This document shows, in pieces, positions 1 through 9,159 of a DNA stretch of 64,000 nt (positions are counted from its first letter, which is position 1; the number at the start of each line of letters is the position of its first letter). This DNA comes from Thermoanaerobaculia bacterium (GTDB lineage Bacteria; Acidobacteriota; Thermoanaerobaculia; Multivoradales; UBA5704): the NCBI GenBank assembly GCA_044226625.1, contig JBGAGQ010000013.1, forward strand, positions 32,001 to 96,000, read 5' to 3'. The position numbers and the translations under genes were made by a program. The notes under the pieces were generated by a model. The model saw only the letters and a list, made by a program, of their open reading frames with translations. It did not search any database and was not told the DNA's origin.

Positions 1-2
1 GG

Positions 3-398
3 GTGCAAAATGCCGAATTCGATTTCGACCGGTTGCGCGTCGGGGGCGTGCCTGACGGGCTGTCCCCGGATCTGCCCGAGCGGATCGAAGTGCCCGCCCT
101 CGCGCCCGGCGCGCTCGTCGGCGATCGATATGAGGGTTTGCGATTCGACCTGACGATTCCCGACCTACCGTTCGTCTTGTTGTACGAACGGCATCGAACC
201 GCGGCCGAGAGCGGCGACTTTACGCCCTGGCTCGACCTCGTCGGGTTCGAGCGGCGCTTCGACTTCGGGCCCTATCCGCTCGCCGGCCTGCCCGCTTTCG
301 AGGCGCGGGTCGGCGCGGCGCAGATCCTTGACCCTCAGCGACACGGCGAGGAGAGCAGGCGACGGGGTTGGCTGATCCTCGTCTGGCGACCCCGTTGA
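3..398 (+). CDS. Hypothetical protein, probably the 3' part of a gene cut by the window edge
   Basis: Open frame from the window edge with protein-like composition; no recognisable motif. Confidence 0.5.
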   Translation: MQNAEFDFDRLRVGGVPDGLSPDLPERIEVPALAPGALVGDRYEGLRFDLTIPDLPFVLLYERHRTAAESGDFTPWLDLVGFERRFDFGPYPLAGLPAFEARVGAAQILDPQRHGEESRRRGWLILVWRPR

Positions 399-421
399 GC
401 GGGCGGGATCCGAGCCGATAG

Positions 422-437
422 AGGCACGGGGTTTGCT
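422..437 (+). promoter_or_regulatory. Putative sigma-54 -24/-12 promoter
   Basis: AGGCAC-GGGGT-TTGCT versus consensus TGGCAC-N5-TTGCW, about 35-50 bp upstream of the PAS-GGDEF-EAL gene. Confidence 0.55.
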
Positions 438-471
438 TGGATGAAATAATGATCCTCGCCAACCCATCGAA

Positions 472-2592
472 TTGCGAGAAAGCAGCGTGACGACCTCGAC
501 CGAAAGCGTCGCCCAAGCCACGGCGCCTTTTGCAGCGACGGACAATTGGTTCCGCTCGCTCGCCGAGACCACGGATTTCGCGATCCTGGTATACCGGGAC
601 GTCTATCTCTACGTGAACCCGGCGACCGAACGGATGACCGGATACTCCGCCTCGGAGCTGGTGGGCCAGCCGGTGACCCTGTTGGTCCATCCCGACTATC
701 AGGCGGGCGTCCTCGATCGGCTGAAGCGCCGTCTCGCGGGCGAGGACCTCGTGTCGGTCGTCGAGCTGAAGGTCATCCGGAAAGACGGCACCGAGCGATG
801 GATGCAGGTCAACGCGACCCGCGTCGAAATGGTCGATGGATCGGCGGGTCTGCTCTCGGCGATCGACATCACCGACCGGAAACAGACGGAGCTCGCCTTG
901 CGCGAAAACCAGGCCCGCCTGGAGCTCGAGCGCGAGCGCGCCGAGGTCACCCTGGCCTCGATCGGCGACGGCGTGATCCGAACCGACAAAGAGGGACGCA
1001 TCGACTACCTGAACCCGGTCGCCGAGAACCTCACCGGTTGGAAGCTCGCCGAGGCGCTCGGCCAACCGGCGTTGCGCATCCTCCAACTGGTCGACGAGCG
1101 CGGCCGCCCGATCGGATTCGATCCGATCGCGACCTGCCTCTCGGAAGGGCGCACGATCGAGCTGCCGATCAGCGCGACGCTGGTCCGGCGCGATGGCGTC
1201 GAGTTCGCGGTTCAGGACTCGGTGGCGCCGATCCTCGATTCCACCAGCGAGATCTGCGGCACGGTCCTCGTGATCAAGGACGTCACGCGGATTCGCCGCC
1301 TGGAGCGCGAGATGAGCTATCTCGCGCGCCACGACGGTCTGACCGGCCTGATTAACCGGCGCGAATTCGAGGAGAGGATGGACGCGTGCGTGGCGACCGC
1401 GGCCCAGGAAGGGCGCCGCCATGCGCTGCTATACCTCGACCTCGACGAGTTCAAGCTGGTCAACGATACGGCCGGCCATCTCGCGGGGGACGAGCTACTG
1501 CGCCAGCTCGCCACGTTGCTCCGGGCGCGCATCCGTCCGAACGACATCCTGGCGAGACTCGGCGGCGATGAGTTCGGCATCCTGCTGGAAGATGCCGACC
1601 TCGATCGCGCACGGCGCATCGCCGACGAGGTCTGCCTCGCGGTCCGCTCTTTTCGGTTCGCCTGGCAGGACCGGGTCTTTCAGGTCGGGATCTCGATCGG
1701 CTTGGTGCCGATCAGCGTCGGTCCGCTCGACCGGGTCCAGCTGCTCGCCGCGGCCGACGCGGCCTGTTACGTGGCGAAAGAAGCGGGCCGCGGCCGGGTG
1801 CACGAGTATCAAGAAGACGACGCCGCGCTGGTCGAGCGCTACGGCGCCATGCAGTGGGTCCATCGCATCCAGCAGGCGCTCGACGAAAATCGCTTCTTCC
1901 TCATCCGGCAGGAGATCCGCCCGCTCCGGCCACGGGATGGCGAGCCCGAGATGTCCGAGATTTTCATTCGGATGCTCGACGAAGACGGTCAGCTCGCCCT
2001 TCCCGGCTCGTTCATACCAGCGGCGGAACGCTACCGTCTGATTTCGCGCATCGATCGGTGGGTGGTCGAAAACGCGTTTCAAAAGCTGGTCGAGACCCAG
2101 CGCTCGAGCACGAAAAAGCTCCTCTGGGCGATCAATCTCTCGGGTCGCTCGCTCGATGAGGAGGGCTTCCTCGTCGACGTCGTCGAACAGCTCGACCGAA
2201 GTGGGGTTCCGCCGGAGAGCATTCTGTTCGAGATCACGGAAACCGCCGCCGTCGCCAACTTGAGCCGCGCGCAGGAGTTCATCCGCACGCTCAAGGAGCG
2301 CGGCTGCCGGTTCGTGCTCGACGACTTCGGCACCGGCCTTTCTTCGTTCGCCTACCTGAAGAATCTGGACGTCGATTTCCTGAAGATCGACGGTGGCTTC
2401 GTCCGCGACGTCAACGAGAGCTCGATCCAACGAGCCTTGGTCGAGTCGATCCATCAGATCGGCCAGTTGCTGGGCATCGCCACGATCGCGGAGTCGACCG
2501 AAACCGACGAGATCCTCGCGACCCTCGCACAGATCGGCGTAGACTACGTGCAAGGCTACGGAGTGGCACGTCCCGAGCCTCTCGATCCGTAA
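472..2592 (+). CDS. PAS-PAS-GGDEF-EAL diguanylate cyclase/phosphodiesterase
   Basis: Two PAS/PAC domains; RPND I-site then ARLGGDEF; EAL domain with EIFIRM, LDDFGTG, LKIDG, QGY; start could be GTG 487. Confidence 0.95.
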   Translation: MRESSVTTSTESVAQATAPFAATDNWFRSLAETTDFAILVYRDVYLYVNPATERMTGYSASELVGQPVTLLVHPDYQAGVLDRLKRRLAGEDLVSVVELKVIRKDGTERWMQVNATRVEMVDGSAGLLSAIDITDRKQTELALRENQARLELERERAEVTLASIGDGVIRTDKEGRIDYLNPVAENLTGWKLAEALGQPALRILQLVDERGRPIGFDPIATCLSEGRTIELPISATLVRRDGVEFAVQDSVAPILDSTSEICGTVLVIKDVTRIRRLEREMSYLARHDGLTGLINRREFEERMDACVATAAQEGRRHALLYLDLDEFKLVNDTAGHLAGDELLRQLATLLRARIRPNDILARLGGDEFGILLEDADLDRARRIADEVCLAVRSFRFAWQDRVFQVGISIGLVPISVGPLDRVQLLAAADAACYVAKEAGRGRVHEYQEDDAALVERYGAMQWVHRIQQALDENRFFLIRQEIRPLRPRDGEPEMSEIFIRMLDEDGQLALPGSFIPAAERYRLISRIDRWVVENAFQKLVETQRSSTKKLLWAINLSGRSLDEEGFLVDVVEQLDRSGVPPESILFEITETAAVANLSRAQEFIRTLKERGCRFVLDDFGTGLSSFAYLKNLDVDFLKIDGGFVRDVNESSIQRALVESIHQIGQLLGIATIAESTETDEILATLAQIGVDYVQGYGVARPEPLDP

Positions 2593-2630
2593 ACCCTTGA
2601 ACCGTCGTAACCTTGAGATCCGAGGTGAAC

Positions 2631-2840
2631 ATGAGCACGTCCGTAGCCAAGGTCATCGAAATTTCCGCCGAGCACCCCGACAGCTTCGAAGCCGCCGTCC
2701 AGGAAGGGATCAAGCGGGCCGGCAAGACTCTCAAGAACATGAAGAGCGCCTGGATCGCCGAGCAGCACGTCCACATCGAGAAGGGCAAGGTGGTCGGGTA
2801 TCGGGTCACTATGCGCGTCACCTTCGTCCTGAACGACTAA
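2631..2840 (+). CDS. Dodecin family flavin-binding protein
   Basis: MSTSVAKVIEISAEHPDSFEAAVQEGIKRA...YRVTMRVTFVL; GAGGTG RBS before ATG 2631. Confidence 0.9.
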   Translation: MSTSVAKVIEISAEHPDSFEAAVQEGIKRAGKTLKNMKSAWIAEQHVHIEKGKVVGYRVTMRVTFVLND

Positions 2841-2896
2841 TTTCCCCACCATCCGTGCCGGCCGGTGCGTCGTAGGATCTCTTCGGAGATCCCGCG

Positions 2897-4348
2897 ATGC
2901 CCGAAACTTCCCTCGCCCCGGTCGCGCTCGGCCTTGGCGCGCTCCTTGGGGCCGCGCTCGGCCACTACGCCCTTTGGCGCGCCGCCTTGCGCCTGCCGCT
3001 CGCGATCGCTCGGCGGAAAGGCGCGCCACCGGGCGCGCACCTGCTTTGGCAACACCGCCTCGGTCTCGCATTGCTGCCGGCGAAGCTCGCGCTCTGGCTT
3101 TTCGCGCTGGTCTTCGCCCTCGACCGCTTTCCCGGTCTCGCCGACGTCCGTCGGCAGTGCTTCGATCTGGTCACGCAGAGCTTCGCTCGCCCGCTCTTCG
3201 CGATCGAAAAGCAGACCTTCTCGGCAGCCGACCTGGTCATGCTGCCGCTCGCCCTGGGAGCGCTCTGGCTGGTGGTGGGCGGGGTCACGTGGCTCTTTCG
3301 GTCGTATCTGTTGCGGCCGTTCCGCTTCGAAATCTCAGTCGAGGAGAGCTTCGCGAGCCTGCTGCGCTACGCCTTGCTGTTCGTCGGCGGGTTGGTCGTG
3401 CTCCAGGTCTGGGGTCTCGATGCGCGGACGCTCGCGATCGTCGGCAGCGTCCTCGGCATCGGCCTGGGCTTCGGCCTGCAGAACATTGCGAACAATTTCG
3501 TTTCCGGTCTCTTGATCGGTCTGGAAAGGCCGATCAAGAGCGGCGACTTCGTGGAGGTCGGCAAGTTCTCCGGGACGGTCGAGCGGATCGGCGCGCGGAG
3601 CGCGGTCGTCCGCACGACCGACCGGGTGAGCATTCTGGTCCCCAACTCCCGCTTCCTCGAGACCGAGGTGGTCAACTGGAGTCACGGCGACCCGGTCTCG
3701 CGTCTGCGCGTTCCGGTGCCCGCGGCGTACGGCAGCCCGATCGGCAAAGTACGCACGACGCTTCTCGGTGTCGCCCGGAAGCATCCCGACGTGCTCGACG
3801 ATCCGGCACCGACGGTCCAGCTAGCCGCGTTCGGTGACAGCGCGCTTCATTTCGACCTGCTGGTCTGGACCCGCGATCCGCGCGAGCAGAGCAACTTGAA
3901 AAGCGATCTCAACTTCGGGATCGAGAGCGCTTTTCGCCGCGAAGGGATCGAAATGCCCTTGCCGCAGCGGGTCGTCCATCAAGCCCCCTCACCGGAGGCC
4001 GTCTCACGCCCCGCCTCGGCGTTCGAATCGGAAGCCGCTCTCGATCACGAGGGGCGATCTTGGACGGACGAGGAGCTTGCTTCCCTCTCGGAACGTATGC
4101 GCGGCGAGGGAGGGCTTGCCATCGAAGACCGTCGCTACCTGTGGAACGTCTATCCTCGCTGTTTCACCGGCCGCGACGCGGTCGACTGGCTGGTCCGCAA
4201 CGAGGGGACGAGCCGTCGCGAGGCCCTGCGCGTGGGTCGCTTGCTGGTCGAGCGCGGCCTCCTTCATCACGTCCTCGACGAGCACCCTTTCGAGGACGCG
4301 AGCTACTTCTATCGGTTCTTTCGCGATGAGGAGGGTGGGGACGGTTAG
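2897..4348 (+). CDS. MscS-family mechanosensitive channel with C-terminal DEP domain
   Basis: GIGLGFGLQNIANNFVSGLLI...RPIKSGD, GTVERIGARS, VPNS; C-terminal CFTGRDAVDWL...ALRVGRLLVERGLLHHV...FEDASYFYRF fits DEP. Confidence 0.9.
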   Translation: MPETSLAPVALGLGALLGAALGHYALWRAALRLPLAIARRKGAPPGAHLLWQHRLGLALLPAKLALWLFALVFALDRFPGLADVRRQCFDLVTQSFARPLFAIEKQTFSAADLVMLPLALGALWLVVGGVTWLFRSYLLRPFRFEISVEESFASLLRYALLFVGGLVVLQVWGLDARTLAIVGSVLGIGLGFGLQNIANNFVSGLLIGLERPIKSGDFVEVGKFSGTVERIGARSAVVRTTDRVSILVPNSRFLETEVVNWSHGDPVSRLRVPVPAAYGSPIGKVRTTLLGVARKHPDVLDDPAPTVQLAAFGDSALHFDLLVWTRDPREQSNLKSDLNFGIESAFRREGIEMPLPQRVVHQAPSPEAVSRPASAFESEAALDHEGRSWTDEELASLSERMRGEGGLAIEDRRYLWNVYPRCFTGRDAVDWLVRNEGTSRREALRVGRLLVERGLLHHVLDEHPFEDASYFYRFFRDEEGGDG

Positions 4349-4461
4349 GAATGGAATGGACGCCGACCCTCTAGGGGGTCGTTCCGCGATGACTGTCGCC
4401 CTTCGGACGTAGACTCGCTCGAACGCTCCGCGGCCTCCGCCGCCCGAAGGGAACCTCGCCC

Positions 4462-6633
4462 ATGGACCCCCGCTCGAACGCTCCGCAGACCGGACGCAAC
4501 CGGCCGGCCGTCTCTCGCGTCGCTGCCGCGCTGCTGTTGGCCGGTCTTCTCCTGTCGTCTTGCACGGGAGCGGTCCGAACGACCCGGCCGGGTAAGCCCA
4601 CGGCGGTTCCCGATCTCGACGTCCGAGAGATGCTCCTGCTCCTCGTCGACCGCCAGATCTTCGACGACACGACGGTGGCGCTCGCGGCATCGGGAGGGCC
4701 GGGGCTGCGGGAAAACCTCGCGGTGTCGCTCGGCAGGATCCCGGCGCCTGAAGGACGGCCGGTCCTGTTCGGAATGCTCGACGCCCGGGAGCCCGAGGTG
4801 CGGCGCGCCGCGGCTTTTTCGCTCGGAGAATTCGAGGACGCCGGGGCGAAATCGGCGACGCCCCGCCTGCTCCAAGCGGTGGTCGATCCCGATCGGGAGA
4901 CCGGACGCCTCGCGGTCGAGGCCCTGGGAAAGCTCGGCGCCGACGTGGTTGCGGTCGGCGGGGCGCTCGGCCCGCTCCCCGAAGCGGAGCGCTGGGCGCG
5001 TTTGTCCCCCTCTCTGTTCCGATTCAAACAACCCGAACGGGTGCCGCTCGCAGCGGCCGCGCTCGCGGCGGCGAGCGGGGCGGGGGCCGATGCCGGGCCG
5101 AAAGGCTCGAAAAAGCTGCCGGCGGATCCGGATCTCCGCTTTTTCGCGGCCTACGCCCTTGCGCGCGATCCTCTGCCCACCGCGGCCGAGCCGCTCCGCG
5201 GCTTGCTCTCCGATCCCGATCCGCGGATTCGAGGCTGGGCGGCGCGGGCGCTCGGACAGGTGGGCGGGGGCGAGGATCTCGCCCTCCTCCTCCCCTTGCT
5301 CGGCGCGTCCGAGCTCCCTCCGGTCATCCAGGCTTTGCGGGCGGGCCAGCGGTTGTGGACCGAGGGCAAAGTGGTCTCGAGCCCGGCGCTCGCGGCACGC
5401 GAGGCCTGGCGCTCGCCGCTCGCCGCGTTGATCCGCGACGCCCGATCCGGCGTGCGCGCGACGGCGATCGAGGCGGCCGCGGCTTGGCTGCCGGACGCCG
5501 ATCTTTCCGCCGCCTTGATCGAACGGACGGAACAGGGAGCGGCCCGAGAGCGCGGCCTCGCGCTGGTGGCCCTCGCGGTGGGGAAGGACCCGCGGGCCGC
5601 CGAGCGGATCGCGCGGGCGATCGGTCCGACGGCGGCAACGCCGGACGGCTCCGGGGTACTCGAAGATCTCGCCACCGCCGACCTGCGGGCTCACGCGGCC
5701 GAGGCGGCAGGCAAGCTCGGCGATCAGCGGACCCTCGCCGCCCTCTCTACGGACGCGAGCCCCCTCGTACGGGGGGCGGTGGCCGCGGCACGGCTCGCGC
5801 TGTTGCCCGACGACGCGGCAGCCGGCGCGAAGCTCGCGACCGAGATCCTGGCCGATTCGGACGAGGGGGTACGGCTGGCGGCGCTCGATTGGCTCGAACA
5901 GCACCCCGTTTTGCCGCTCGCGACGCTCGGTCCGGCCGTCGCCAAGGCGCTGCTCGACGAATCGGAAGAGCCCGGGCTTGCCGGTCTGCGAGCGCTCGGC
6001 GCCCGGGTGAAGGCGGCTCCGATCGAGCGCGCGGCGGCGGTCGAGATGGCGGGCTACGTGGTCGAAAAGGAGGGATACGTGCTTCGCCGCGCGGCGATCG
6101 CCCTGCTCGCGGACATGGGCGAGACGGCGCCGGAGCTGCTGCCGCCGGACGACGCTCGTCGCACCGAGGACTATGGGGAGATCCTGGAGCGGGTTTGGCC
6201 GCCGCATCGGGTGGCGATCGAAACCGAGAAGGGGACTCTCACGGTCGACCTCACCTGCCGCGAGGCACCGCTCACCTGCCTTTCCTTCCTCCAGCTCGTG
6301 GCGCAGGGGTTTTACGACGGCTTGACCTTCCACCGGGTCGTGCCGGACTTCGTGATCCAGGCGGGCGACCCGCGCGGCGACGGGATCGGCGGGCCGGGTT
6401 ACTCCATTCGCGACGAGATCGGCCGCCTGCGCTACGGCCGAGGCGTTCTCGGCATGGCGCTCGCCGGGCCGGACACGGGGGGAAGCCAGTTCTTCCTGAC
6501 CCTTTCGCCGCAACCTCACCTGGACGGGGGATTCACCTCCTTCGGCAAGGTGGTGGGGGGAGACGCGGTGCTCGACCGGATCGAAGGGGGCGATCGGATC
6601 GTCCGGATCGCCGAGGTGCCGCCCCTACGGTAG
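4462..6633 (+). CDS. Lipoprotein with HEAT repeats and C-terminal cyclophilin-type peptidylprolyl isomerase
   Basis: Lipobox LLSSC; repeated VRxxAAxALG units; FYDGLTFHRVVPDFVIQAGDP, GMALAGPDTGGSQFF, HLDGGFTSFG. Confidence 0.9.
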   Translation: MDPRSNAPQTGRNRPAVSRVAAALLLAGLLLSSCTGAVRTTRPGKPTAVPDLDVREMLLLLVDRQIFDDTTVALAASGGPGLRENLAVSLGRIPAPEGRPVLFGMLDAREPEVRRAAAFSLGEFEDAGAKSATPRLLQAVVDPDRETGRLAVEALGKLGADVVAVGGALGPLPEAERWARLSPSLFRFKQPERVPLAAAALAAASGAGADAGPKGSKKLPADPDLRFFAAYALARDPLPTAAEPLRGLLSDPDPRIRGWAARALGQVGGGEDLALLLPLLGASELPPVIQALRAGQRLWTEGKVVSSPALAAREAWRSPLAALIRDARSGVRATAIEAAAAWLPDADLSAALIERTEQGAARERGLALVALAVGKDPRAAERIARAIGPTAATPDGSGVLEDLATADLRAHAAEAAGKLGDQRTLAALSTDASPLVRGAVAAARLALLPDDAAAGAKLATEILADSDEGVRLAALDWLEQHPVLPLATLGPAVAKALLDESEEPGLAGLRALGARVKAAPIERAAAVEMAGYVVEKEGYVLRRAAIALLADMGETAPELLPPDDARRTEDYGEILERVWPPHRVAIETEKGTLTVDLTCREAPLTCLSFLQLVAQGFYDGLTFHRVVPDFVIQAGDPRGDGIGGPGYSIRDEIGRLRYGRGVLGMALAGPDTGGSQFFLTLSPQPHLDGGFTSFGKVVGGDAVLDRIEGGDRIVRIAEVPPLR

Positions 6634-6797
6634 ACTCCCGCCTCATGCAGGCGATTGCTCTCGTTCCAGCGCCCGGCGCCGCCGGGCTCGCGCCCTCGCC
6701 CGGCCGGTCCGTCCGTCGAGAGGGACCGCTGCGCTGAGATGCTCCGCCGTCCGGAGGCTTCGCGGCCGACCGGAGGCGTCCCCGCCCGAAACCGATC

Positions 6798-6823
6798 TGC
6801 AACCTTGTTCGACCACGCCCGTA
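6798..6823 (+). promoter_or_regulatory. ECF-sigma promoter, probably autoregulatory
   Basis: TGCAAC-N16-CGTA (SigW-like), ending 7 nt before the sigma ATG. Confidence 0.7.
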
Positions 6824-6830
6824 TTCAGCC

Positions 6831-7412
6831 ATGAACCGAGGGACGGACCGGACCGACGAGGAACTGGTCGCGGCGGCCCTCAAAGGGGAGCCCGATCGTT
6901 TCGGCGATTTGGTGGAGCGATACCAAGGGCGGCTGGTCAACTATCTGTTCCGGCTGCTCCGCAACACCGACGACGCCCACGAGCTGGCGCAAGAGGTCTT
7001 TCTCAAGGTCTACCAGGTTCTCGACCGGTTCGATCCGCAGTACAAGTTCTCGACCTGGCTCTTCCGGGTGGCGCAGAACGCGGCGATCGACCAGATCCGG
7101 CGCCGGCGGCTCAAGCTGTTTTCTCTCCAGCAAGAGGACGCAGGTGGCGAGGTTCGGGAATGGGACATTCCCTCGGGGGAGCGCGGTCCCTATGGCGAGC
7201 TGCGCAACCAGGAACGCGGGGGAGCGATCCAGACGGCGATCGACGCCCTCCCTTGGGAGTACCGTGAGCTGATCCTCCTCCGCCATTTCGGCGAGCTCGC
7301 CTACGAGGAGATCGCGACGCTCAAGGACATGCCGCTCGGTACCGTGAAGAACAAGCTCTTTCGGGGGCGGCAGATGTTGAAGGAGAAGTTAGGGGACTTT
7401 CTGACCGATTGA
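6831..7412 (+). CDS. ECF RNA polymerase sigma factor
   Basis: DAHELAQEVFLKVY, FSTWLFRVAQN, LAYEEIA...PLGTVKNKLFRGR. Confidence 0.95.
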   Translation: MNRGTDRTDEELVAAALKGEPDRFGDLVERYQGRLVNYLFRLLRNTDDAHELAQEVFLKVYQVLDRFDPQYKFSTWLFRVAQNAAIDQIRRRRLKLFSLQQEDAGGEVREWDIPSGERGPYGELRNQERGGAIQTAIDALPWEYRELILLRHFGELAYEEIATLKDMPLGTVKNKLFRGRQMLKEKLGDFLTD

Positions 7413-7493
7413 GTCGAGCGGACCGCGAGGAACATCTTTCCTCGACGAAACGTCTCGAACCGGCTGGATCTGGCGAGGTAGACGAGTCGAACC

Positions 7494-8069
7494 ATGGCGA
7501 ACCTAGAAGACGGCACGAACCACCGAGAACGGATCGACGGAAGGCTCGAGAGCGGATTCGCGTTCGAGGAGGATCTCGAGTTGGAAAGCGGCGACCTCTC
7601 CCTGGCGGAGCGGGCGGCGCTCGCCCGTGTGACGACGCTGCTCGCCGACAGCCGGATCGAGGTGCGTCCCGATTTTCGGACCGCGGTGATGGCCGCGCTG
7701 CCGCCGGCCGGATGGGAATCGCGCCACCCGCGGACGTGGACCTTCCCGCTCGCCGCCTGCTTCCTCCTCGCCACGCTGGGTGCGTCGGCCGTGGTCTTCT
7801 TCCTGGGAGGCGGGGCGCAGACCGGTGCGGGCGCGGGTCTGTTTGGCGCCGTATTCGCGATCGGCAACCTGCTCCAGGCGGCGGCGCTCGCCGGCGCCGG
7901 GCTCCTCACTGCAACCTGGAAGGGGTTTGGCCTCGCTATCGGCGAGGCGCTCTCCTCGCCGGTGCGCATGATCCTCTTCGGCGCGCTGGTGGTGGCCCTG
8001 AACTTCCTGCTGCTCTCGCTCATCCGGCGGCGTCGCGAGGCCCCGGGGGTCCTTTCGGCGAAGCGCTGA
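7494..8069 (+). CDS. Putative membrane anti-sigma factor
   Basis: Directly after the ECF gene; acidic N-terminus, PDFRTAVMAALP motif, several hydrophobic helices. Confidence 0.65.
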   Translation: MANLEDGTNHRERIDGRLESGFAFEEDLELESGDLSLAERAALARVTTLLADSRIEVRPDFRTAVMAALPPAGWESRHPRTWTFPLAACFLLATLGASAVVFFLGGGAQTGAGAGLFGAVFAIGNLLQAAALAGAGLLTATWKGFGLAIGEALSSPVRMILFGALVVALNFLLLSLIRRRREAPGVLSAKR

Positions 8070-8122
8070 AGGCACCTCCGTGGGAGCCTTCCGTTCCCAC
8101 TGGCAAGCGATACACTTCGTTC

Positions 8123-9049
8123 GTGCCCCTACGCGTCACGTACAGCTTCGTCCTGGCCCTCCTGGTCCCGGCGGTCGCCGCCTCGGCGGCTTCTTCGCCA
8201 GCGGACCGGACGGGTTCCGGCCAAGTCGCCCTCCACCTCGAAAAGGGCAGCGTTGCCCGGCATCAGCTCGTGGCGATCGGTCGCGATCTGATCCTCGACG
8301 GCGAGGCGCAAGGAGATGCCGCGGCGATCGAAGGCTCCGTGGAGATCTCTGGCAAGGTCGCGGGCGACGTGGTGGTGCTGGGCGGCGACGCGCGCCTCGC
8401 TCCGTCCGCCCAAGTCGCGGGGGACGTCTTCGTCCTCGGGGGAACGATCTCGGCCGCGCCGGGCGCCCGGATCGAAGGACGGTCGGTGTCCTACCGCAAT
8501 GCCTCGGTCGCCTGGATGACCCTGCTCGAAGGTCCGAGCCTCGGCCTGGAAAGCCGCTCGACGATCGTCATCGGCGCGAAGCTCGCTCTGCTCGCCGCCT
8601 GGTCCGCTCTCCTGCTCCTCCTGTTCGCCGCTTGCGGCCGGCAGCTCATCTCGACCGCCGACGAGATTCAAGGGGAGCCGTTCCGCGGTTTCTTCACCGG
8701 GCTCGTCGGTGTCCTCGCCCTGGTGCTGACCGCGCTTTTCTTCAGCGCGTTCGCCGGGGCGATCGTCGGCGTGCCCTTGCTGGTGCTGGTGGTGCTCGCG
8801 GCGCTCGTCTTGAAGCTCTGGGGCATGGTCGCGGTGTTCTACGCTCTCGGGGATCTCCTGCTGACTCGGGTTTTCCGGCGTCGCATGCGGCCAGCCAGCG
8901 CCGCCACGGTCGGCCTGCTTCTCCTGGGCGTGGTCAAGTTCGTTCCGTTCCTCGGGGTCTGGGCCTGGACGGTCGCCTCGCTGATCGGCGTGGGAGCCAC
9001 GTTGGCGACCAAATTCGGCAGCCGCGAGCCCTGGTTCCAGGGCGCCTGA
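8123..9049 (+). CDS. Membrane protein with beta-helix (polymer-forming/bactofilin-like) N-domain
   Basis: Signal-like start; GDVVVLGG and GDVFVLGG repeats; about five TM helices; start reassigned to GTG 8123 within ORF 7409-9049. Confidence 0.75.
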   Translation: MPLRVTYSFVLALLVPAVAASAASSPADRTGSGQVALHLEKGSVARHQLVAIGRDLILDGEAQGDAAAIEGSVEISGKVAGDVVVLGGDARLAPSAQVAGDVFVLGGTISAAPGARIEGRSVSYRNASVAWMTLLEGPSLGLESRSTIVIGAKLALLAAWSALLLLLFAACGRQLISTADEIQGEPFRGFFTGLVGVLALVLTALFFSAFAGAIVGVPLLVLVVLAALVLKLWGMVAVFYALGDLLLTRVFRRRMRPASAATVGLLLLGVVKFVPFLGVWAWTVASLIGVGATLATKFGSREPWFQGA

Positions 9050-9159
9050 GCCCTACCAGACTTCCCGGCCCTCCTTGGGCGCTCGATGGGAGTAGAATTC
9101 ACGGGAAGAGTTTTGCTTAGCCGAGCCTGGGTTTCCATGAACCGTCAGGAGAACCGACG

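Noticed and set aside
4416-4486. 16-bp direct repeat CGCTCGAACGCTCCGC (4416 and 4471)
   Set aside because: Only two copies, one inside the CDS, with no supporting context
7409-8122. N-terminal part of the 546-aa ORF
   Set aside because: Arg/Gly-rich shadow frame over the better 7494-8069 gene; real start is probably 8123
9102-9117. CGGGAA-N5-TTGCT as a sigma-54 promoter
   Set aside because: Poor -24 element; a TAGAAT -10 box nearby is an equally good explanation
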